Source: Alphaproteobacteria bacterium (lineage in GTDB: Bacteria > Pseudomonadota > Alphaproteobacteria > Paracaedibacterales > CAIOTO01). From it: DNA of 64,000 nucleotides. The notes below the pieces were generated by a model. The model made no database searches. It worked only from the letters and a program-made list of their open reading frames with translations, and had not been told where the DNA came from. Below, one piece after another: positions 19,531 to 30,493 of this stretch; position 1 is the first letter of the stretch; every line of letters begins with the position of its first letter. The DNA lies in the NCBI GenBank assembly GCA_947488275.1, contig CANKZX010000001.1, forward strand, positions 447 to 64,446. The letters are read 5' to 3'. A program made the position numbers and the translations under genes.

Positions 19531-21531
19531 TTATGTTGCCAATTGAATTTCCTGCAATCGTTTTAATTCATCCCTATAATCAGCAGCTTTTTCAAAATCA
19601 AGATTTTCTGCAGCTTTCCGCATTTTCTTTTCTAAATCAGCAATTTGCCGCGCCAACTGCGCTGCACTTAAATCTGTTTGAATCTTCGCTTGTGCGGTCG
19701 CTGACTTATTATCCTTTTCCATGGATTGATCAAGGCTTTTTTGAACCGATGTTGGCGTTATTCCATGGGCTTCATTATAGGCTATTTGTTTTTCACGACG
19801 ACGATCTGTCTCAGCAAAAGCCGCTGCCATTGATTGGGTGATCCGATCAGCATATAAAATCACACGCCCATCTACGTTACGGGCAGCACGTCCAATCGTC
19901 TGGATAAGCGATGTTTTTGACCTTAAATACCCTTCCTTATCGGCATCCAAAATAGCGACAAGACCGCATTCTGGAATATCCAACCCTTCACGCAATAAGT
20001 TAATTCCAACAAGCACATCAAACGTTCCTTGGCGTAATTGCTGAATAATCTGAATGCGCTCTAACGTGTCAATATCCGAATGCAGATAACTGGTTTTTAA
20101 ACCAGCCTCCGTTAAGTAATCCGTCAATGATTCTGCCATTTTTTTAGTAAGGGTTGTCACCAGTATACGGTAACCTTTTGCAACAGTTACCTTGCATTCA
20201 TGAATAAGATCATCAACTTGATGTTCACATGGATGCACTTCATATAAAGGATCCGTCAGCCCCGTTGGGCGAATCACTTGTTCAACAAAGACGCCCTCAG
20301 TTTGTTGCAACTCGAACGGTCCTGGTGTTGCTGATACAAAAATAGTTTGAGGGCGCATGGCCTCCCATTCCTCAAATTTAAGGGGTCGATTATCTTTGCA
20401 TGATGGCAAACGAAAACCAAAATCGCTTAACGTTGTTTTGCGGGCTCTGTCCCCTTTGTACATTGCACCTAATTGGGGGACAGCAACGTGACTTTCATCA
20501 ATAATAAGCAAAGCATTATGTGGTAAGTATTCAAATAATGTTGGCGGCGCTGATCCTGGCGCACGCCCTGTCAAATAACGCGAATAGTTTTCAATGCCAG
20601 CACACGACCCTGTTGCTGCCATCATTTCCAAATCAAACGTTGTGCGTTGTTCAATACGCTGCGCCTCAAGTAATTTATTTTCCGCCCGAAATTCAGCTAA
20701 GCGAATTTTTAAATCACTTTGAATTTCTTTAATAGCCTGCTGAATGGTGCGCCCAGGTGTGACGTAGTGGCTATTTGGATAAACAATAACACGCGGCAGT
20801 CGCTCAAAACGCTCACCCGTTAACGCATCAATTTCTATGATTTCTTCAATTTCATCACCAAAGAAATTAATCTTCCATGCACGTTCATCAAAATGCGATG
20901 GAAAAATATCCAACACATCACCACGCACACGAAACGTTCCACGAACAAAACTAAGATCATTTCGTTTATATTGAAGTTCAGTCAATCGACGCAACAACGA
21001 CGTGCGATCCATTGATGTGCCCGCAACAAGTTCAAGCACCATTTCACTGTACGTTTCAACACCACCAATACCATAAATACATGAAACACTGGCGACAACG
21101 ATCACATCAGGCCTCTCAAGCAGTGCACGGGTTGCTGAGTGACGCATACGATCTATTTGTTCATTGATAGCAGCTGTCTTTTCAATAAAAGTATCAGACC
21201 GTGGGACATACGCCTCAGGTTGATAATAATCATAATAAGATACGAAATACTCAACCGCGTTATGGGGGAAAAAACTTTTCATTTCGGCATAAAGCTGAGC
21301 GGCAAGTGTTTTATTTGGCGCCAATATAACGGCAGGTCGTTGAACTTCTTTAATAACATTTGCCATAGTAAATGTCTTACCAGAACCTGTCACCCCCAGC
21401 AAAACTTGATTCTTATCCCCTTGCACCAAACCGTCAACAAGCGCCTTGATCGCTTCAGGCTGGTCACCAGATGGCACAAATGGCGACACCACCGTAAACG
21501 TCTGATCTGTAAAAGCGGGTGTTATGGGCAT
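19531..21531 (-). CDS. uvrB: Excinuclease ABC subunit B
   Basis: [12 protein letters not shown]alker A, DESH box, C-terminal UVR domain [24 protein letters not shown]. Confidence 0.97.
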   Translation of the reverse strand: MPITPAFTDQTFTVVSPFVPSGDQPEAIKALVDGLVQGDKNQVLLGVTGSGKTFTMANVIKEVQRPAVILAPNKTLAAQLYAEMKSFFPHNAVEYFVSYYDYYQPEAYVPRSDTFIEKTAAINEQIDRMRHSATRALLERPDVIVVASVSCIYGIGGVETYSEMVLELVAGTSMDRTSLLRRLTELQYKRNDLSFVRGTFRVRGDVLDIFPSHFDERAWKINFFGDEIEEIIEIDALTGERFERLPRVIVYPNSHYVTPGRTIQQAIKEIQSDLKIRLAEFRAENKLLEAQRIEQRTTFDLEMMAATGSCAGIENYSRYLTGRAPGSAPPTLFEYLPHNALLIIDESHVAVPQLGAMYKGDRARKTTLSDFGFRLPSCKDNRPLKFEEWEAMRPQTIFVSATPGPFELQQTEGVFVEQVIRPTGLTDPLYEVHPCEHQVDDLIHECKVTVAKGYRILVTTLTKKMAESLTDYLTEAGLKTSYLHSDIDTLERIQIIQQLRQGTFDVLVGINLLREGLDIPECGLVAILDADKEGYLRSKTSLIQTIGRAARNVDGRVILYADRITQSMAAAFAETDRRREKQIAYNEAHGITPTSVQKSLDQSMEKDNKSATAQAKIQTDLSAAQLARQIADLEKKMRKAAENLDFEKAADYRDELKRLQEIQLAT

Positions 21532-21697
21532 CGTTATTAATATTAACCGTTAGAGACATGTTCTGAGATTACCCTTTGTTTTCACGTTAACGTAAAACAA
21601 AATTACTCCTTAATATACAAGGTCATACTACCACAGAAAGACATCCCAAACGAGCATTATTTACCTAAAAAAACCTCGAACGATTAATCAATGCTTT

Positions 21698-22093
21698 CTA
21701 CTGAAGCGATTCCACTTTTTCATACGACTGATGCACACAACTACGCTTAAATTGCTCAGCAAGATAAAGAATATTACCACTTGTTTTTTCAAGCATCTTC
21801 ACTGAATCCTCCAAAAAACGAATCGAATCAATATAGGGAAGCAACGAATATTGCGCACGCCACGCATTACACTTTTGCTGAACAATCCCAATGAAATCAT
21901 TTTGATCATCTTGTGATGTAATTATATCTTCTAAAGTATGTTCCTGCGGACAGTGCGCATTCACTTTACAATTCTCCAGACTTTTCAACTGTTCTAATGC
22001 AAGAAACAATTTACTTTGAATCAAACGTTGATAGACGGGAAATGACTCCCAATCAGGACGATACGCCATCTGTGTCATGAAAAGACTCCTCAT
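21698..22093 (-). CDS. Hypothetical protein
   Basis: 131-aa ORF, no recognisable motif. Confidence 0.45.
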   Translation of the reverse strand: MRSLFMTQMAYRPDWESFPVYQRLIQSKLFLALEQLKSLENCKVNAHCPQEHTLEDIITSQDDQNDFIGIVQQKCNAWRAQYSLLPYIDSIRFLEDSVKMLEKTSGNILYLAEQFKRSCVHQSYEKVESLQ

Positions 22094-22274
22094 TTATTTT
22101 TTTGTTATTATAGGATGATCATGAAATATTTAGTCACAATGAATTTATTATATACTCCCTGAACATCAATTCGTATAATGCCTTTTATAAGAAAATGAAT
22201 CAAGTAGAATTCAAATTTCATTTGCTAATCTATAATTAAAAAATGAATAAAAATTGCGAATTTATTAAAAAGTA

Positions 22275-22745
22275 TTATTGCATTTCCAACCATTCATGCA
22301 TCATACCAATTAAATGGTTAACATCTAATGGTAATAAAGGATCAGCCTTTCCTATCCCCCAAACAGGAGCTGGCCAGGTGGCGTCATCCATCTCTCGTCC
22401 AATTACATGAATATGCAGTTGAGGCACTATATTACCCAATGCCCCTACGTTAATTTTATAAACGCCTAAAACGTCTTTTAAAAAGCGCGATATTAGGGAT
22501 ATCTCCGCCATAATTTGATTTTGCTGCTCAGTTGATAAGGCATAAAGCTCCACCACATCAAGCAAACGTGGCACGAGCAAAAACCAAGGATAACGCGCAT
22601 CATCATGACGCAATAATCGACATAAAGGTAAATCACAAATAAAATGAGTCGACGCTAACAAACGTTCATTCAGTACAAAATGGCTATCATCAACTCTTTT
22701 ACCCCCCATATCAAACATCCTCATCTCTTTCACTTTCTTCAGCAT
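22275..22745 (-). CDS. HIT (histidine triad) family hydrolase
   Basis: QLHIHVIGR histidine triad; start uncertain (several in-frame Met). Confidence 0.8.
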   Translation of the reverse strand: MLKKVKEMRMFDMGGKRVDDSHFVLNERLLASTHFICDLPLCRLLRHDDARYPWFLLVPRLLDVVELYALSTEQQNQIMAEISLISRFLKDVLGVYKINVGALGNIVPQLHIHVIGREMDDATWPAPVWGIGKADPLLPLDVNHLIGMMHEWLEMQ

Positions 22746-22767
22746 AACTACGTGAATGAATGATTTC

Positions 22768-22967
22768 TTATAACTTCTTTCGTTTTTTGCGTAAACTCAA
22801 AATACAATCACCTTCTCTTCGAATATAATATTTTGCAGAACTAAAAGAAATATTAAATCTCCTTGCAATCTGCCATATATGAAGACCTTCATCTTTATAC
22901 AATCACAGTCTAAATGACCTCGCGATTTTTGTATGATTTGTGCCGAATCCGTATTTGTCTTTTTCAT
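22768..22967 (-). pseudogene. Frameshifted helix-turn-helix gene remnant (transposase/resolvase-type N-terminus)
   Basis: MKKTNTDSAQIIQKSRGHLD in one frame, then LYKDEGLHIWQIARRFNISFSSAKYYIRREGD..RKKRKKL* in another; HTH pattern xG.s..qIARrf.is.s.v. Confidence 0.35.
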
Positions 22968-23090
22968 TGATCAAACAACAAAAAAACCTGCACCTGTTCA
23001 TCCCATGTTAAACCACAACGTTCTGGTTTTTCACCCTTCGTTCTTTTTGTACGAGATGGTGATTCAAAAAATGATCGATAAGAAGCTTAC

Positions 23091-23954
23091 CTACGATCGA
23101 ATTTGATTGTAAACATCTTTTAGTACTTTTACACGATCATGATTTGCCTGATGGCGTTCAGGACGATCAGGCAGCTCCTTCAGATCTTTACCACCAACCT
23201 TATGTTGACGATCCAAAATCTCATCAAATGATCGGTTGTTATGCTGTAACATATCTAAAATTGCCATGAATGACGTCGCACGCCCATTACCGCCACGACA
23301 ATGTAAATGAATCCATGTGCCTTTTGGCAGATTCTGTACAAAATTAATAAACGAATTAATATAGTCAAGATCTGGCGGATAGTGATCCGTTAACGGAAGA
23401 CGCCAATACTGTACACCATAATGCTTGGCAAGTTCTGCCTCTGTCCGAATGATTGGATTTTCCATCAAAACAGGCGCCTTAAGTTTTCGTTTATGTTTAT
23501 CATGCTTCGCGGGCAAACCCTTTTTTAAACGTTCAGCGTGTTTTGCTTTACGTGCCTCAAGTTTAATTTCATCTAATTTACGTGGCATAATCATGAAAGA
23601 TTTACTATTTTCAAGCACCTGTTTAATTTTTGCCTCATTATCAGATTGATATTTTTTTGATGGATTTTCATGACGATCCGTTACCGTAAATGGCACACCA
23701 TTTGCGTAAAAATGCGCTTCCTCACGAAGGTCAACCACCACAATATTTGATGGATGAACATTGTGACGCTGCACAATTTCACCCAAAATTAAGGCAAATT
23801 GATCCTCTGAGAATTGACCACTTGCTGATGCGTTTAAATCTTTCACAAAACGCAATTTAGGGATTTTGTTCACGGGTCTGTCATCATTCTCATGATGCAC
23901 AGCGAAACACTGACATACGGTTAAAAGCGACGCTAAAACTATCTTTTTATACAC
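23091..23954 (-). CDS. Secreted PTP-like phytase family Cys-phosphatase
   Basis: Signal peptide MYKKIVLASLLTVCQCFA; WRLPLTDHYPP acid loop; HLHCRGGNGRATSFMAILDM P-loop; paralog of 1..510. Confidence 0.8.
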   Translation of the reverse strand: MYKKIVLASLLTVCQCFAVHHENDDRPVNKIPKLRFVKDLNASASGQFSEDQFALILGEIVQRHNVHPSNIVVVDLREEAHFYANGVPFTVTDRHENPSKKYQSDNEAKIKQVLENSKSFMIMPRKLDEIKLEARKAKHAERLKKGLPAKHDKHKRKLKAPVLMENPIIRTEAELAKHYGVQYWRLPLTDHYPPDLDYINSFINFVQNLPKGTWIHLHCRGGNGRATSFMAILDMLQHNNRSFDEILDRQHKVGGKDLKELPDRPERHQANHDRVKVLKDVYNQIRS

Positions 23955-23987
23955 GTTATATTCCTCCTAATACTAATATATTAATAG

Positions 23988-24302
23988 TCAATTATTATTA
24001 ATAATCTTAAACAATGAATCAAACCGACCAAGATCAATCATTTTTCTGACCTGACCACTGGCATTACGTAATGAAATAGAACACTGACGTTCTTGACTTT
24101 TATCGCGTGCAAGCAACAACATCCCAAGACCAGCTGAATCAATGAAATCAAGTTTTGTGAGATCGAGAATACACGATTCACATTCAGTCTGACCAATTGC
24201 ATCCGTAACCTGACGAAATGAACCATAATCTGAATACGTCAAACGATCCTCAATCTTCACAACAACACTATTATTTTCATCTAAAATATTATAAATCATC
24301 AT
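23988..24302 (-). CDS. STAS-domain protein (anti-sigma-factor-antagonist fold)
   Basis: LDLTKLDFIDSAGLGMLLLARDK typical STAS core; 9 bp after MCP stop. Confidence 0.8.
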   Translation of the reverse strand: MMIYNILDENNSVVVKIEDRLTYSDYGSFRQVTDAIGQTECESCILDLTKLDFIDSAGLGMLLLARDKSQERQCSISLRNASGQVRKMIDLGRFDSLFKIINNN

Positions 24303-24311
24303 ATTTTTCTT

Positions 24312-25328
24312 TCAAAATAATACAATATCATCTTCTTTTGCACCACCTACACGCTTCTGACACTTTAAACTGTAAGAATCAGACATATCAGATATAAATT
24401 CTTCACAATCACTGTCCACAAGTGACACATCATTCGCCACAAACGTTTCACGCGTCTGTGACTGAATTTGCCCAACAGATATTTGAATTTTTTGCAAATC
24501 TTTTAAAATGCAATTAAAATCTTGCTTAACCTGATCTTGGAATTGCACATTAATAATTAAATTATTCGCTGATGCTGAAAAATCGTGCATCGAGTTCACA
24601 ATATGTTGAGACACCTCTGACAGACGAATTGTATTATCAACAAGTCCCTGCATCATTATTTCCAACTTTTCTTTCGCCGCAATATTTCCACTAATATCAA
24701 TACGCGCCACGTCTTGCAGAATCTTTTGTGCACTCATCAATGTTTCATTCATTTCATTCACTTGGCTTCTAATATTAGTCGCCAAATTTTGCGTATCATT
24801 TGACAATTCACGAACTTCACTTGCAACAACTTGAAAACTTTCCCCTGACTCGCCAGCACGGACAGCCTCAATTGTTGCATTCAATGATAAATATTTTGTT
24901 TTACGATTAATGGATTCAATCTCACGAATACTCTTTTCAATCTGATTCAATGTATTTAATGCACCATCAAGACTATAAATCATCCCCATCGCTTGTTTTG
25001 AAATTTCTAAAATACAACTAATTGAATTAATAAATATTTCTTGGAATAAGGTTGATACATGCTTGATCTCAATCGACTCTCCACCAACATTAACGGTATG
25101 GGCAAGCTCAATAATATCTTTCATGCGCTGATTTTGTTCATTATTTGATTGCGCCATACTTTGAAATTGCTGCGATAACTCAACCGTCTTTTGTTCCGTT
25201 AAATTGGCAATTGATTGAATATTCTTTTCAATCGATGCCGATCTCTGCTTAATATGATCACCAAGTTTCATCCATCGCCTTAGATGACTTTGATAAATAG
25301 GTTCTATTCCATGTTGATCATTATTCAT
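24312..25328 (-). CDS. Soluble methyl-accepting chemotaxis protein (signalling domain only)
   Basis: KYLSLNATIEAVRAGESGESFQVVASEVRELSNDT = MCP hairpin tip; no TM or sensor domain in 338 aa. Confidence 0.85.
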   Translation of the reverse strand: MNNDQHGIEPIYQSHLRRWMKLGDHIKQRSASIEKNIQSIANLTEQKTVELSQQFQSMAQSNNEQNQRMKDIIELAHTVNVGGESIEIKHVSTLFQEIFINSISCILEISKQAMGMIYSLDGALNTLNQIEKSIREIESINRKTKYLSLNATIEAVRAGESGESFQVVASEVRELSNDTQNLATNIRSQVNEMNETLMSAQKILQDVARIDISGNIAAKEKLEIMMQGLVDNTIRLSEVSQHIVNSMHDFSASANNLIINVQFQDQVKQDFNCILKDLQKIQISVGQIQSQTRETFVANDVSLVDSDCEEFISDMSDSYSLKCQKRVGGAKEDDIVLF

Positions 25329-25375
25329 TTTTCTTCACGATTTCTATATGGTTTTATAGTATAATCTATTAGACA

Positions 25376-26428
25376 CTAACTACATAATTGCACAAGATTT
25401 GTTGATATTTCGTTAAGATGAACCTCTTTTTGCACGCCCCCCAATTCTTTTGCTGCACGTGGCATTCCATAAACAACACAAGATGCTTCATTTTGCCCTA
25501 ATGTGATCGCACCTAAATCAAATAATTTCTTAAGCCCTTCAGCTCCATCTCGCCCCATTCCTGTCATAATGACCGCGATAATTTGTTTGGCTGGCAACAC
25601 ATTCGCTGCAGAATTAAATAAGAAATCAACGGATGGTTTATGACCACTCACAAGACTGCCATCATTAATAGCCGTCACGTAACCATTTCCAGATTTACGA
25701 ACACCTAAATGGTAGCCACCTGGCGCTAAATATACATTATTTGGCTGTATGATTTGACCATCACTTGCCTCATGTACAGTCAATCGCGATGATTTATCAA
25801 GGCGTGCTGCAAAGCTTGCTGTAAATTTTTCTGGCATGTGTTGCGTTACTAAAATCGGCGGACATGTATCGGGCAGTTTACATATAACCTCAGTTAATGC
25901 CTCAACACCACCTGTTGATGAGCCAATTAGAATGAAACGATTACTTGTTACAATACGTGACGTTGGCTGAATAAGATTACTCGACAAAGAACCGTTCTGT
26001 TGCTGCGTTCGTGCGCGCACACGCGCCGCCGCTGCTGTTTTTACTTTTTCACAAATTTCTTGTGAAATACTAATCATTGCCTCTTCAAGATTACGATTCG
26101 GTTTTGCAACATAATCAACAGCACCTAATTCAAGTGCCCTAATTGTCTCTTGCGCCCCATGTTCCGTTAAACTGGAAATCATCACAACAGGCATTGGTCT
26201 TAAGGACATTAACCGTTCAAGAAAATCAAGACCATTCATATTGGGCATTTCAATATCAAGCGTCAAGACATCAGGATTCAAATTCTTTATCTTTTGACGT
26301 GCAATCAAGGCATCACTTGCCGTATCAATAACCTCAATCATAGGATCACTGTTGAGAATCTCTTTCAAGAGGTGGCGTATAAATGCGGAATCATCAACAA
26401 TTAACACCCTAACTTTATCATTACTCAT
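25376..26428 (-). CDS. cheB: Chemotaxis response regulator protein-glutamate methylesterase CheB
   Basis: REC domain VLIVDDS..DIEMPNMNG; GSSTGG, HKPSVD, GMGRDGA esterase motifs. Confidence 0.95.
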   Translation of the reverse strand: MSNDKVRVLIVDDSAFIRHLLKEILNSDPMIEVIDTASDALIARQKIKNLNPDVLTLDIEMPNMNGLDFLERLMSLRPMPVVMISSLTEHGAQETIRALELGAVDYVAKPNRNLEEAMISISQEICEKVKTAAAARVRARTQQQNGSLSSNLIQPTSRIVTSNRFILIGSSTGGVEALTEVICKLPDTCPPILVTQHMPEKFTASFAARLDKSSRLTVHEASDGQIIQPNNVYLAPGGYHLGVRKSGNGYVTAINDGSLVSGHKPSVDFLFNSAANVLPAKQIIAVIMTGMGRDGAEGLKKLFDLGAITLGQNEASCVVYGMPRAAKELGGVQKEVHLNEISTNLVQLCS

Positions 26429-26537
26429 TTCCTATATCTCCTAAAAGACCGCACTACTATTCGATAAATCATCATCACTAACAAAACCAACGATCAATTG
26501 CATAATTTTATCTCATCACTCTCTTCATAAACGCTCT

Positions 26538-27425
26538 TTATTTAACCTTCTGATAAATAGTTCGACCAATCAAACGAAAGCGATCATCACATATTTGATG
26601 TAATGTTTCTGAATGACCGATATATAACCATCCACCATCAACCATTGCATCAGCCATTCGATCAAACAAAATCATTTGCGTTTTCTTGTCAAAATAAATC
26701 ACGACATTTCGGCAAAAAATAGCGTGAAACTTTCCCTGAATTGGCCAATCAGAAATCAAATTGAGCGGTTTAAAATGAACCAAATTCTTTAATGATTCAT
26801 TCATTTCAATGCTTTGATCATCATACACATGGCAATATTTCTTTACCAAATCATGGGTAATCTCATTTTTTTCTTTGTACCGACCAAGCTTCCCATGCGC
26901 AATTACATTCGTATCGACATCTGTCGCCAAAATACGTGCATCATACTGTGCTATATTGGGTATAGCCTCACACAGTGTCATGGCAATTGAATAAGGCTCC
27001 TCACCCGTAGAACAACCAGCTGACCAAATGCGAAGATGCTTATGTCCACTCATTGATGCATTCATCTGGCGTACAAAAGGAACTAAAACATCATTTTGTA
27101 AATGGTCAAAATGGTGCTGCTCCCTAAAAAAGCGTGTCAAATTTGTTGTAATAGCATTAATCAAATATGGCAGTTCATGATCTTTCGTGTCACTTGCCAA
27201 TAAATCACAGTATTCTTTAAACGTCTTAAGGTTCAGTGCACGCAACCTTCGCACAAGACGCGTATGAACCATCGTTCGTTTTTCAGCATTCAAAACAATA
27301 CCCACGCGATCATGGACAAACTGACTTATGAAATGAAAATCAGAATCCATCAAAATGTAATTCTGGCTTTCAAAAGCCTTTCCCGCTGTCTTTTTCTGGG
27401 TCATTATTATTGAATCACTCTTCAT
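26538..27425 (-). CDS. cheR: Chemotaxis protein methyltransferase CheR
   Basis: TNLTRFFRE, IWSAGCSTGEEPYSIAM, IFCRNVVIYFD motifs. Confidence 0.95.
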   Translation of the reverse strand: MKSDSIIMTQKKTAGKAFESQNYILMDSDFHFISQFVHDRVGIVLNAEKRTMVHTRLVRRLRALNLKTFKEYCDLLASDTKDHELPYLINAITTNLTRFFREQHHFDHLQNDVLVPFVRQMNASMSGHKHLRIWSAGCSTGEEPYSIAMTLCEAIPNIAQYDARILATDVDTNVIAHGKLGRYKEKNEITHDLVKKYCHVYDDQSIEMNESLKNLVHFKPLNLISDWPIQGKFHAIFCRNVVIYFDKKTQMILFDRMADAMVDGGWLYIGHSETLHQICDDRFRLIGRTIYQKVK

Positions 27426-27460
27426 AAATATATCTTATTCCCTATGAGATGATCACTTTA

Positions 27461-28036
27461 TTATGTGACATCTAATGCTTTATCATTTTGTTTTGCATCA
27501 TCTTCTGCGTTACTTTTTAAAACCCCTTCAGGAATATGACCATCCAAAATATCAATCGTATGATCAAACACACGATCCAGAGACAAAATTGCAACCATAC
27601 GATTTTCTGTATTTACAATCCCTTGCAGTACAGTATTATTCCCATCCGTCAAATCAATAGATGGTATGGGTCGTATTTCATCGGAACTCACGTTTATGAT
27701 ATCGGACACCGCATCCGCTAAAATCCCCATCACACGATCAGCGACACGAACAATCATCACAACATTATTCTTTGATGCTTGCGTTAACCCCAAACCAAAA
27801 CGACAGCGCAAATCTAAAATTGGAACAACTGCCCCACGTAAATTAATCACACCACGCATATAGGCAGGCGTATTCGGCAAAGACGTTGTATTTGACCATC
27901 CTTTAATCTCACGTATTGTTGTAATCTCAATCGCATATTCTTGGTCATGCACTGTAAATGTAATAAATTGCATCACCACATTATCCTGCGATGCAACCTT
28001 CTCAATCGAATCAAAATCATGCCGATCCATACACAA
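27461..28036 (-). CDS. cheW: Chemotaxis coupling protein CheW
   Basis: QFITFTVHDQEYAIEI..IREI..P..P.YMRGVINLRGAVVPILDLR. Confidence 0.93.
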   Translation of the reverse strand: MCMDRHDFDSIEKVASQDNVVMQFITFTVHDQEYAIEITTIREIKGWSNTTSLPNTPAYMRGVINLRGAVVPILDLRCRFGLGLTQASKNNVVMIVRVADRVMGILADAVSDIINVSSDEIRPIPSIDLTDGNNTVLQGIVNTENRMVAILSLDRVFDHTIDILDGHIPEGVLKSNAEDDAKQNDKALDVT

Positions 28037-28037
28037 A

Positions 28038-30119
28038 TTACCTTTCTTCTTTTAATTCGTGCATCCCTTTGGATGAACGTATATCATTGATAGATTGTCC
28101 TAATGTTGTAAGTGACGTTACATCTAAAATCATGGATACGTTTCCATTCCCCAAAATAGTTGCACCTGATATACCAGGAATAGGATCGTAATTTTCTTCT
28201 ATGCTTTTAATGACGACTTGCTGTTGTTTATGCAATTCATCAACGACAAGTCCTATCAGTTCACCACCTTCGGACTCAACAATCATAACAATGCCATCAC
28301 ATGGGTCATGCAATGCGTTTGGAATGTTAAATATCTCGTACAAATAAACAAGTGGTATGGTCTTATTACGAAGATTCAAAATATCATGACATCCAACAAG
28401 CTTTGAAATCTGAGAACGATTCGGTCGAATACTTTCAATAATATTAACCAACGGTACAATGTAAAGTTCAGCCCCTGCAGAAACAATCATCCCATCCAAT
28501 ACGGCAAGTGTAAGTGGCAATGTCAGCGTAAAACGACATCCTTTCCCTTCAGATGAAGCAATGGATATACGCCCGCCAAGGGATTGTATGGATTTTTTCA
28601 CAACATCCATACCAACACCACGCCCTGATATGTTTGTAACGGTTTCAGCGGTTGAAAAACCAGGCAAAAAAATAAGATTATCTATTTCTTCACCACTTAA
28701 TGTATTGTCAGCACTGACCAACCCTTGAGCGATCGCTTTTTGCAACACGCGTGCCCGATTAATCCCATGACCATCGTCCGCTATTTCGATTAAAATACGC
28801 CCACTTTTATGTTCTGCACTTAACCGAATCGTGCCATATGCTGTTTTTCCATGCGCAATACGATCCTCTGTTTTTTCAATACCATGATCGATCGCATTTC
28901 GAATCATATGCGTCAACGGCTCGCCCAATCGTTCAATCACCGTTTTGTCAATTTCAGTATTCTCACCAAAGGTTTCAATCCGAATTTCTTTATTCAGTTC
29001 AAGTGATAATTCACGGACCAAGCGTGGCATACGTGTAAAAACAGTTTTCACAGGTTGCGCGCGAATTGCCATCACATATTCCTGAAGATCGCGCATATGC
29101 TGTGTTAAATCTTGCAAATCCTTATTAATTGTATTGGATGCGTCATTGGTAAGTGCCTGCGCTTTATCCAACAACATTGCCTGCTTAATCACCATTTCAC
29201 CAACAGTATTCACCATTCGATCAATACGATCTAATTCAACACGAATGGAGTGTGCAACTTCTTCCTGAGGTTTTGTTTTTTGATCTTTAATACTTTCTTT
29301 TGGCACGATCACCGTTTCTATTTTCTGCACGGGCGATGGAGCAACCGTAGCTGGTATTTCTTCAACTTCTTCCAACACATCAATTGCTATATCGCATTCA
29401 TCATCAACAAATTCAAAAGAATCCGTCACACGCTGCACTGCACTTTCTGTTTTCAGGTCAATAATCCACCACATATAACAAACAGCAACATCTAATGCAT
29501 GCAATTCAGGCAAATCATCAAGATTAGCCTGAATCACAAAAGCTGATTCGTCATTAATAACAGCCAAACTTTTTAATTCATCAATAATAAATTTAGGTTC
29601 ATTCCCCGATTTCATTAACCCTGGCTTTGGTTTAAATGTAATCCTAAATGCTGTATACGCTTTTCTATCTGTCGATTTTTCCTCTTTTACCGCCACAGTC
29701 TTTTTTTCAAGTACGACAGCATCTCCACCATTTGAGGCAACATTCATTGCCTTTAATTTCTCCCGTATACCAGGCAATTGCAAAGGAACGTCGTCCGATT
29801 CAGCACTTGCTGACTGAACCAAATCACTCAACACATCGTTAGAGCGCAATAAAATCTCACAAAATTCTTCCGTCATAATAAGACGGTGATTACGAAAAGC
29901 ATCAAGAACCGTTTCAAAAAGATGGGCAAATTCAATTAATGCGGTAAAACTAAAGCTCCCCGCTCCACCTTTTATGGAATGAATGGCTCTGAAGACCGCA
30001 TGAATACGATCTTCACTTTGATCACCATTTTTTATTTCAGACAAATTCTCCTCAATTACAGCGAGAAGCTCGTTACATTCTTCAAAGTAAATTGTTTTAA
30101 ATTGATTGAAATTACTCAT
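28038..30119 (-). CDS. cheA: Chemotaxis histidine kinase CheA
   Basis: Hpt HSIKGGAGSF, HATPase DDGHGI / GRGVGMDVV, C-terminal CheW-like domain; ATG 30119 gives ATGA overlap with cheY stop. Confidence 0.96.
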   Translation of the reverse strand: MSNFNQFKTIYFEECNELLAVIEENLSEIKNGDQSEDRIHAVFRAIHSIKGGAGSFSFTALIEFAHLFETVLDAFRNHRLIMTEEFCEILLRSNDVLSDLVQSASAESDDVPLQLPGIREKLKAMNVASNGGDAVVLEKKTVAVKEEKSTDRKAYTAFRITFKPKPGLMKSGNEPKFIIDELKSLAVINDESAFVIQANLDDLPELHALDVAVCYMWWIIDLKTESAVQRVTDSFEFVDDECDIAIDVLEEVEEIPATVAPSPVQKIETVIVPKESIKDQKTKPQEEVAHSIRVELDRIDRMVNTVGEMVIKQAMLLDKAQALTNDASNTINKDLQDLTQHMRDLQEYVMAIRAQPVKTVFTRMPRLVRELSLELNKEIRIETFGENTEIDKTVIERLGEPLTHMIRNAIDHGIEKTEDRIAHGKTAYGTIRLSAEHKSGRILIEIADDGHGINRARVLQKAIAQGLVSADNTLSGEEIDNLIFLPGFSTAETVTNISGRGVGMDVVKKSIQSLGGRISIASSEGKGCRFTLTLPLTLAVLDGMIVSAGAELYIVPLVNIIESIRPNRSQISKLVGCHDILNLRNKTIPLVYLYEIFNIPNALHDPCDGIVMIVESEGGELIGLVVDELHKQQQVVIKSIEENYDPIPGISGATILGNGNVSMILDVTSLTTLGQSINDIRSSKGMHELKEER

Positions 30120-30493
30120 TTTATCATTCCACAAACCTTTTGAACAACAGTAATAAAACGCTCGGGATCAAAGGGTTTCACAACCCATCCTGTAGCCCCA
30201 ACGGCACGCCCTCTATTCTTCATTTCTTCAGAACATTCCGTTGTTAGCATCAATATGGGAAGTTCCTTCATGCCAAGTTCTCCCCGCACATATTTTACAA
30301 GTTCAAAACCATCAATGTTTGGCATATTACAATCGGTAACAATTAAATCTGGATTATATTTTGATAAGGCAAATATAGCCTCAACACCATCTTCAGCTTC
30401 TAAAACATCAAAATTAATAGTCTTTAAAATATACCCCACCATTTCACGAATGGTGCATGAATCATCGACAATTAAGACACTTTTCCTCTTCAT
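30116..30493 (-). CDS. cheY: Chemotaxis response regulator CheY
   Basis: Single REC domain VLIVDDS ... DCNMPNIDG ... KPF; ATGA overlap with upstream STAS gene. Confidence 0.93.
   Translation of the reverse strand: MKRKSVLIVDDSCTIREMVGYILKTINFDVLEAEDGVEAIFALSKYNPDLIVTDCNMPNIDGFELVKYVRGELGMKELPILMLTTECSEEMKNRGRAVGATGWVVKPFDPERFITVVQKVCGMIK

Noticed and set aside
24312-24326. C-terminal CheR-tethering pentapeptide on the soluble MCP (..DIVLF)
   Set aside because: It lacks the conserved Trp of the NWETF-type xWxxF motif.
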